Source: Bacteroidia bacterium | GTDB lineage: Bacteria > Bacteroidota > Bacteroidia > NS11-12g > UBA955 | Assembly (NCBI GenBank): GCA_032111345.1 | Contig: JAULUW010000009.1 | Coordinates: forward strand, 14,467 to 56,749 | Length of the DNA stretch: 42,283 nucleotides | Direction of reading: 5' to 3' | Shown here: positions 36,167-42,283 of the stretch, piece by piece | How positions within the stretch are numbered: the stretch's first letter is position 1 | Layout of the letters: each line of letters starts with the position of its first letter | Translations under genes and position numbers: made by a program | Notes under the pieces: model-generated | What the model was told of the DNA's origin: nothing | The model's database searches: none | Seen by the model: the letters and a program-made list of their open reading frames with translations, nothing else

Positions 36167-37470
36167 AAACCAAATTCGCAAAAGCACCCAAAGTAAATGT
36201 AATTACCTTAGGGTGTAGTAAAAATACTGTAGATTCCGAAGTGATGATGGCCCAATTAAAGGCCAACGAATTCGATGTAAAACATGAAAACGATGAACAC
36301 AATGCCGATATTGTTATAATCAATACCTGTGGGTTTATCGACAATGCCAAGGAAGAGAGTATCAATACGATTTTAGAGTATGCCGAAGCCAAAAATCAGG
36401 GCAAACTGGAAAAATTAATTGTTACAGGCTGCCTTTCTCACAGATATAAAGAAGATCTTCAAGCCAATATCCCAGAAGTAGACCAATGGTTTGGTACCCT
36501 TGAATTGCCACAACTTTTGCGCAGTGTGGGGGCCGATTATAAACACGAACTTTTAGGAGATCGGTTGCAGACAACGCCCAAGCATTATGCGTATGTGAAA
36601 ATTTCCGAAGGTTGCGACCGTCCCTGTTCTTTCTGTGCCATTCCGCTAATGCGTGGTAAGCACGTTTCTAAATCCATCGATAATTTGGTGAAAGAAGTAA
36701 AAGGTTTGGTAAGTAATGGAACCAAAGAAATTATGCTGATTGCCCAAGATTCAACGTCCTACGGCTTGGATTTATATGGGGAACGTAAATTGGGCGATTT
36801 AATGAAACACCTGAGCGATGTGGAAGGATTGGAATGGTTGCGCTTGCATTATGCGTATCCTTCACAGTTTCCCATGGATGTTTTGGATGTAATCGCCGAA
36901 CGTGAAAATATTTGCAAGTACTTGGATATGCCCATTCAGCACATCACAGACCGGGTGCTTAAATCAATGCGTAGAGGTATTACCAAGCGCAGAACCATGG
37001 AATTGGTTTCAGAAATTCGCAGCCGGGTTCCGAATCTAGCATTAAGAACCACCATGCTGGTAGGACATCCAGGAGAAGAACAAGAGGATGTAGACGAAAT
37101 GTTAGAGGCACTTGCTCAAATGAAATTTGAACGTTTGGGAGTGTTTACGTATTCCCATGAAGACAATACCCATGCACATACTTTACCCGATTTGCTGTCT
37201 CAAGAAGAAAAGCAAAATCGCGCAAATAAAGTAATGGAACAGCAAATGGATATCAGCTGGCGCTTCAATCAAAGCCTCGTAGGAACCCAACAACGGGTTT
37301 TGTTCGATCGCATTGAAGACGATCATTTCATAGGAAGAACCCAGTTCGACAGTCCGGAAGTGGATAATGAAATATGGGTTCCCATTAATCAGAATTACGT
37401 GAGAATGGGTGATTTTGCCAATGTAACCATTACAGAAGCATCACATTACGACCTAAAAGGGGAATTATAA
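36163..37470 (+). CDS. rimO: Ribosomal protein S12 methylthiotransferase RimO.
   Basis: UPF0004 N-domain (VNVITLGCSKNTVDSE...INTCGFI), radical SAM CDRPCSFC, C-terminal TRAM domain. Confidence 0.85.
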   Translation: MKTKFAKAPKVNVITLGCSKNTVDSEVMMAQLKANEFDVKHENDEHNADIVIINTCGFIDNAKEESINTILEYAEAKNQGKLEKLIVTGCLSHRYKEDLQANIPEVDQWFGTLELPQLLRSVGADYKHELLGDRLQTTPKHYAYVKISEGCDRPCSFCAIPLMRGKHVSKSIDNLVKEVKGLVSNGTKEIMLIAQDSTSYGLDLYGERKLGDLMKHLSDVEGLEWLRLHYAYPSQFPMDVLDVIAERENICKYLDMPIQHITDRVLKSMRRGITKRRTMELVSEIRSRVPNLALRTTMLVGHPGEEQEDVDEMLEALAQMKFERLGVFTYSHEDNTHAHTLPDLLSQEEKQNRANKVMEQQMDISWRFNQSLVGTQQRVLFDRIEDDHFIGRTQFDSPEVDNEIWVPINQNYVRMGDFANVTITEASHYDLKGEL

Positions 37471-39038
37471 TGCCCGTTAGGTTTTCAAACATTCCCAATA
37501 ATATCCCATCAGCGCCGTTAAAACGCCTGCTCAATAAGGAACTTGATGGGGTATACCCCAGATTGATCTCTGATGATTATGCTTTGAATTTGTGCACGGA
37601 ATTAAATACTTCCTTTGATTTAGAAGCACGTAAATTACTTCATACAGTATTAAAGGAGCAACACAATGCGCTTACTTTGACCCAAAAACAGCAATCTAAC
37701 CTAGATGCTTTGGCTACTTTGGATGGATTTACGGTAGTTACCGGTCAGCAAATACACCCCTTTTTAGGACCTGCATTTGTCTGGGCTAAGGTAATGACCG
37801 TCATAGATCGGGCTGAAAAACTGAGTAATACATTGCAAAAAAAAGTGGTCCCTGTTTTTTGGATGGCCACAGAAGATCACGATTTTGAAGAAATTCAAAC
37901 CATTCCTTTTTTAGGTAAATCCTACGTCTGGGAGTCCGAATCTGGTGGGCCTGTTGGAGATTTAGATACGGCAGGACTTGCCGATATTCTGACTCAAATG
38001 AAACTCGATTTTCAACATGATGTTAAGGTATTGGATTTTTTACAGCAATTTGATGGCTTATATGGATTAGGAATTTCATTAACCGAAGCTTCCCGATTGC
38101 TCATTCACAGGATCTTTGGTTCACATGGTTTACTAATTGTGGATCCCAAAGAGTCCGTTTGGAAAGAATGCGTAAAGGATATGTGGCTTAATGAATTAAC
38201 CGATTTACCCTTTGAAGCACTTGAATTACAAAGTAAGTTATTAGAAGAAAATGGGTTAAAAACACCTATTAATCCGCGTCAAACCTCTATGTTCTATTAT
38301 GGTAATGGACAACGTTTGCGATTGGATAAGGTGGATACGGGTCAATTTCAAACCTCAGATACCGCTTTTAAATGGACTCGCGAAACATTGGAAATGGAAA
38401 TTAATAAAAATCCAGAGCGTTTTTCAGCCAATGCGCTCTTACGGCCCGCATATCAACAGCGCATTTTACCTAATTTGGTGTATATCGGCGGTCCCGCTGA
38501 ATGCATGTACTGGCTGCAAGTTCCTGGATTAATTGCAACCCATAACGCCTGTATTCCAATTTTAGATTTGCGCCTCATGCTGCATCTTGGAAGTGTGGCT
38601 ATCGACAAAAAAACAGCCAATTTTCCTTGGGAAGCGGAACATTGGTTTGAAAATCAGGATACATTACTGCAGGAGTTCATGCAACATGAATACGGAAATC
38701 TATCGTTAAATCAACAAATTCCAGCACTAAAAGCGCAGTTTGAATTGATTTGGGAATCCCTTTATCAAATAAAACATCCCAAGTTAAAAGAAATAAAAAA
38801 GGATCATGATGCGGTTTTACGCGCTTTGCAAAATACGGCAGATACGTTTTTAAATGAAGGATTTGAAGGTCATTTAGCCCCAAAGCTCAAGCAATTAAAA
38901 ACCTTGAAAGAATTGGTTTTCAACGAGAAAAAACTGCAAGAACGGAGCTTGTTTTGGATGGAATGGCAATTTAAATTGAACGGAATTCCAGAAATTTTAC
39001 CCTTACAAAACCGCTTCGCTTGGATTTTGCCTGAGTAG
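37470..39038 (+). CDS. bshC: Bacillithiol biosynthesis cysteine-adding enzyme BshC.
   Basis: 522 aa, with VVTGQQIHPFLGPAFVWAKV (the TGQQ...GP...K motif of BshC) and a helical C-terminal domain. Confidence 0.7.
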   Translation: MPVRFSNIPNNIPSAPLKRLLNKELDGVYPRLISDDYALNLCTELNTSFDLEARKLLHTVLKEQHNALTLTQKQQSNLDALATLDGFTVVTGQQIHPFLGPAFVWAKVMTVIDRAEKLSNTLQKKVVPVFWMATEDHDFEEIQTIPFLGKSYVWESESGGPVGDLDTAGLADILTQMKLDFQHDVKVLDFLQQFDGLYGLGISLTEASRLLIHRIFGSHGLLIVDPKESVWKECVKDMWLNELTDLPFEALELQSKLLEENGLKTPINPRQTSMFYYGNGQRLRLDKVDTGQFQTSDTAFKWTRETLEMEINKNPERFSANALLRPAYQQRILPNLVYIGGPAECMYWLQVPGLIATHNACIPILDLRLMLHLGSVAIDKKTANFPWEAEHWFENQDTLLQEFMQHEYGNLSLNQQIPALKAQFELIWESLYQIKHPKLKEIKKDHDAVLRALQNTADTFLNEGFEGHLAPKLKQLKTLKELVFNEKKLQERSLFWMEWQFKLNGIPEILPLQNRFAWILPE

Positions 39039-39087
39039 TTGTCAGTTTATTGCAATAATACAATCAAATTTGTGCCATAAAAACCCC

Positions 39088-39095
39088 TATATTTG
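39088..39095 (+). promoter_or_regulatory. Candidate -7 box TATATTTG upstream of the SulP gene.
   Basis: Exact TAnnTTTG 7 nt upstream of the ATG at 39102. Confidence 0.45.
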
Positions 39096-39101
39096 GCGTA
39101 A

Positions 39102-40685
39102 ATGAAATTGGATTTAAAAAATAATTTTTCATCCTCTATTGTTGTCTTTTTAGTTGCATTGCCTTTGTGCATGGGAGTTGCGATGGCTTCCGGTGCAAGC
39201 GTGATTCAAGGGATACTTTCGGGGGTGATTGGGGGGATTGTAGTGGGATTATTCAGTAATTCACATGTGAGTGTTTCGGGTCCTGCAGCAGGGTTGATTG
39301 TAATTGTTGAAGGCGCTTTTACCGATTTAAAAACCGTAGATGCCTCTCATTATTTAGGGATTTTTGCCTTGGTCGTGGTTCTGTCGGGTTTGATTCAAAT
39401 GCTATTAGCTGCATTGAAATTGGGAACTATTGCAGATTTTATACCGGTATCGGTCATCAAAGGAATGTTGGCGGCAATTGGTATCATCCTTATTTTAAAA
39501 CAATTTCCACATTTAATAGGCTATGATCGCGATGCTTTTGGTGAAAGTGAATTTATTCAAAAAGACGGACACAATACCTTTTCAGAATTGTATTACGCCC
39601 TCCTATATGCAAGTCCTTTGGCTATCATTATTGGTATTTTAGGAATTTTAGTACAAATAGTCTATGAATCGAACTACCTGAAAAACGCAAAATGGAAAAC
39701 CTATTTACCCGCCCCTTTACTCGTGGTTACTCTTGGTATTTTGATACAAGCACTGGCGTTGCGTTTTTCACCCGATTGGGCCATACAAAACAGTCACATG
39801 GTAAATATTCCGGTGTTTTCTGAAATGAGTGCTAAGGGTTCAAATCCTTTTATAGGACTGATTCAAGGATTAAATATGCCGTATTGGTCGGCTATTGGCA
39901 TGCCTATTGTTTGGAAATTGGCGGCACTTATTGCCGTTATTGCCAGTGTAGAATCTTTGCTGTCCTTAGAGGCGGGTGAAAAAATCGACACCTTTAAAAG
40001 GACCAGTAGTCCAAATAACGAATTATGGGCACAGGGATTTGGAAATCTTGCAGCCGGTCTGCTTGGTGCTTTGCCCATAACATCGGTGATTGTGCGCTCT
40101 TCTGCGAATGTAAATGCGGGAGCAACGCTCAAAACATCGACCATTTTACATGGTTTTTGGCTTTTGGTTTTCGTGTTATTTGCACCGAAATTGATCAATC
40201 AAATACCGTATTCTGCTTTAGCCGCTGTATTGATTTTTGTGGGATATAAATTGGCAAAACCATCCCTTTTTAAGGAACAATATCAACGGGGTAAAAATGC
40301 GATTATCCCATTTGTGATTACGATTGTCGCTATTTTATTTTCAGATTTACTTATTGGAATCACCATCGGTATTGTAATTGGATATGTTTTCGTTTTGCGT
40401 AGCAATTACGTGGATGCGGTAAGTGTGGTTCATGCAGGATCTGATTATTTGGTTCGTTTTCACAGTCAAACCAGTTTTATGAATAAATCTTCCGTAAAAA
40501 AACGAATTTATGAGATTCCAGAAAATGGATCCGTAATTTTTGATTTCTCTAACAATACGTTTTTAGATAACGACATTATTGATTTATTAGGTGATTTTTG
40601 TGAAGCTGCGCAAAGTAAGAAAATAGGAGTGGAGATGAAATTTCATGATGATGTTCAAAAACAAAGAATTCTGAAAAGACTGTAA
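39102..40685 (+). CDS. SulP-family anion (bicarbonate/sulfate) transporter with a C-terminal STAS domain.
   Basis: Polytopic, with the SulP motif GVAMASGA and a soluble C-terminal ~100 aa. Adjacent to a carbonic anhydrase gene. Confidence 0.8.
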   Translation: MKLDLKNNFSSSIVVFLVALPLCMGVAMASGASVIQGILSGVIGGIVVGLFSNSHVSVSGPAAGLIVIVEGAFTDLKTVDASHYLGIFALVVVLSGLIQMLLAALKLGTIADFIPVSVIKGMLAAIGIILILKQFPHLIGYDRDAFGESEFIQKDGHNTFSELYYALLYASPLAIIIGILGILVQIVYESNYLKNAKWKTYLPAPLLVVTLGILIQALALRFSPDWAIQNSHMVNIPVFSEMSAKGSNPFIGLIQGLNMPYWSAIGMPIVWKLAALIAVIASVESLLSLEAGEKIDTFKRTSSPNNELWAQGFGNLAAGLLGALPITSVIVRSSANVNAGATLKTSTILHGFWLLVFVLFAPKLINQIPYSALAAVLIFVGYKLAKPSLFKEQYQRGKNAIIPFVITIVAILFSDLLIGITIGIVIGYVFVLRSNYVDAVSVVHAGSDYLVRFHSQTSFMNKSSVKKRIYEIPENGSVIFDFSNNTFLDNDIIDLLGDFCEAAQSKKIGVEMKFHDDVQKQRILKRL

Positions 40686-40686
40686 T

Positions 40687-41337
40687 ATGAAAGAAAAAGA
40701 CAAACTCTTCCTAAGTAATCAGGCATGGGCAAAGGAAAAACAAAAAAGTGATCCTGAATATTTTAAGAAATTAGCCAAAGACCAAGCTCCCAACTATTTA
40801 TGGATTGGGTGTTCCGATTCTCGGGTACCTGCCAATGAAATTATAGGTGCGCAGCCTGGCGAATTATTCGTTCATCGAAATATCGCCAATATGGTGGTAC
40901 ATACCGATCTGAATTTACTTAGTGTATTGGAATATGCGGTGAATTATTTGCACGTAGAACATGTAATTTTATGCGGACATACCGGTTGTGGCGGTATAAA
41001 AGCAGCGCTTTCGCAATCTAATTTTGACTTATTAAACAAGTGGTTGCGGAATTTAAAGGACGTGTATTTCCACCATAGAAATGATTTAGAATCGATTCAA
41101 AATGAAGATCAACGCGTAAACAAGCTGGTTGAATTCAACATTATTGAGCAAGTACAAAATCTAATTAAAACCGGAGTCGTTCAAAAGGCCTGGCATAAAG
41201 GCATCGAAGTTACCATCCATGGGTGGCTATATGATATGGAAACTGGACTCGTTTCTTCCTTAGTAGAGGCCGATAGACATACGAATATCGACCCCATCTA
41301 TAGGTATGATTTTGGTGGTACGCTCGAAAATTTATAA
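40687..41337 (+). CDS. Beta-class carbonic anhydrase.
   Basis: Zinc ligand motifs GCSDSRV and CGHTGCGG. Confidence 0.9.
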   Translation: MKEKDKLFLSNQAWAKEKQKSDPEYFKKLAKDQAPNYLWIGCSDSRVPANEIIGAQPGELFVHRNIANMVVHTDLNLLSVLEYAVNYLHVEHVILCGHTGCGGIKAALSQSNFDLLNKWLRNLKDVYFHHRNDLESIQNEDQRVNKLVEFNIIEQVQNLIKTGVVQKAWHKGIEVTIHGWLYDMETGLVSSLVEADRHTNIDPIYRYDFGGTLENL

Positions 41338-42036
41338 TACTTTCGACTTGCGATCAATACGCAAATTGATCAATTCTAAAGTAAAGGAAAACGCCATGGC
41401 AAAGTAGATATATCCTTTATTGATATGCTGTTCGAAAGCTTCTCCCAACAGAGAAACGCCGATGAGTACCAAGAAAGACAATGCAAGAATTTTAATCGAT
41501 GGATTGGCATTTACGAAATCGGCAATAGGTTTGCTTGCGAGCAACATTACTATCATAGAAATAATTACCGCAGCAATCATTACCCAAATTTCTTTGGCCA
41601 TTCCAATTGCGGTAATAACGCTGTCTAAGCTAAATACAACATTTATTAAAAGCATTTGAGCCATTAAAGCCCCCCACTTGTATTTTTTGCCTTTTTCTTG
41701 AACTTCTGGAGTGGCCCCTTTCATTTTTAAGTGAATCTCATGCACACTCTGATACAACAAGAATAAACCGCCACCTAATAACAACAATTCTTTGCCCGAA
41801 ATAGGATGATCCATTAAAGTAAACAAAGGGTGCGATTGTTGCTGTATCCAATTAATTCCAAAAAGCATCAATATACGCACAAACATCCCCATAATAAGTC
41901 CGATTAAACGCGCTTGGCTCTGCTTCTCGGGACTTGTTTTACCTGCCAGAATGGTTACAAAAATGATGTTGTCGATCCCCAATACGATTTCCAAAACCGT
42001 GAGGGTGAATAAACTAATGAGTGCGTCGTTGGTCAT
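41332..42036 (-). CDS. TerC-family integral membrane protein.
   Basis: LGIDNIIFVTIL and FSLDSVITAIGM motifs; 234 aa; multiple TM segments. Confidence 0.8.
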   Translation of the reverse strand: MTNDALISLFTLTVLEIVLGIDNIIFVTILAGKTSPEKQSQARLIGLIMGMFVRILMLFGINWIQQQSHPLFTLMDHPISGKELLLLGGGLFLLYQSVHEIHLKMKGATPEVQEKGKKYKWGALMAQMLLINVVFSLDSVITAIGMAKEIWVMIAAVIISMIVMLLASKPIADFVNANPSIKILALSFLVLIGVSLLGEAFEQHINKGYIYFAMAFSFTLELINLRIDRKSKVL

Positions 42037-42283
42037 TTATATGTGATTTTAGTTTGTTAATAGGTAAAAATTGGGCTTCGGTTTTATTTTTAAACCATGT
42101 GAGTTGCCTTTTTGCATAGTTTCGAGTTTTTTGTTTGATCAATGCAATGCAGGCTTCTTTATCTATTACGCCGGCAAAATAATCATAAAATTCTCGATAT
42201 CCCAATGTCCGCATAACCGACAAATTTTGGTGTTCTTCCAAGGATTTTACCTCTTGTTCAAGCCCCATATCAATCATAAGGTC
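42014..42283 (-). CDS. miaA: tRNA dimethylallyltransferase MiaA, C-terminal part (the gene runs off the window end).
   Basis: LGYREFYDYFAG...CIALIKQKTRNYAKRQLTWFKNK is the conserved MiaA C-terminus. Confidence 0.8.
   Translation of the reverse strand, partial: DLMIDMGLEQEVKSLEEHQNLSVMRTLGYREFYDYFAGVIDKEACIALIKQKTRNYAKRQLTWFKNKTEAQFLPINKLKSHINDQRRTH

Noticed and set aside
1-42283. Search for CRISPR arrays, rRNA, transposases, integrases, phage structural genes and reverse transcriptases.
   Set aside because: I saw no regularly spaced short direct repeats, no rRNA-like conserved stretches, and no ORF with DDE, tyrosine- or serine-recombinase, or RT (YxDD) motifs. The only repeats are the 62-bp tandem array and the two-copy 120-bp element reported above.

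Overview
The window looks like a Bacteroidota (Flavobacteriia-type) chromosome segment. Evidence: T9SS C-terminal sorting domains on several secreted proteins, TAnnTTTG -7 promoter boxes, rpmB-rpmG-DUF4295, bshC, and an ExbB-ExbD-ExbD-TonB cluster. It splits into two parts. (1) 1..~20.9 kb is a visibly AT-richer accessory region. On the minus strand it carries a small islet of conflict-type genes: a RibD-like deaminase fused to a Schlafen/RecG-like HATPase_c_4 + wHTH module, a 464-aa HEPN (Rx4H) protein, and a Pol-beta-type nucleotidyltransferase translationally coupled to an anchorless GT51 transglycosylase-like protein. The region also holds a four-gene NarL-type two-component operon, a divergent cluster of large T9SS-secreted proteins (two interrupted by single in-frame stop codons), an orphan DUF433 gene, a ~120-160 bp direct repeat present twice, and a decayed AbiEi/AbiEii module. 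(2) ~20.9..42.3 kb holds ordinary core genes: rplS, an ECF sigma operon, exbBD-tonB, an ABC ATPase, a LysM protein, rpmB/rpmG, ftsY, rimO, bshC, SulP + beta-carbonic anhydrase, TerC and miaA. I recognised no rRNA, tRNA, CRISPR array, transposase or integrase. The best candidate for an undescribed system is the 995..5626 islet, especially the GT51-like/nucleotidyltransferase pair followed by the HEPN gene. All domain calls come from motif recognition by eye and need HMM or structure confirmation.
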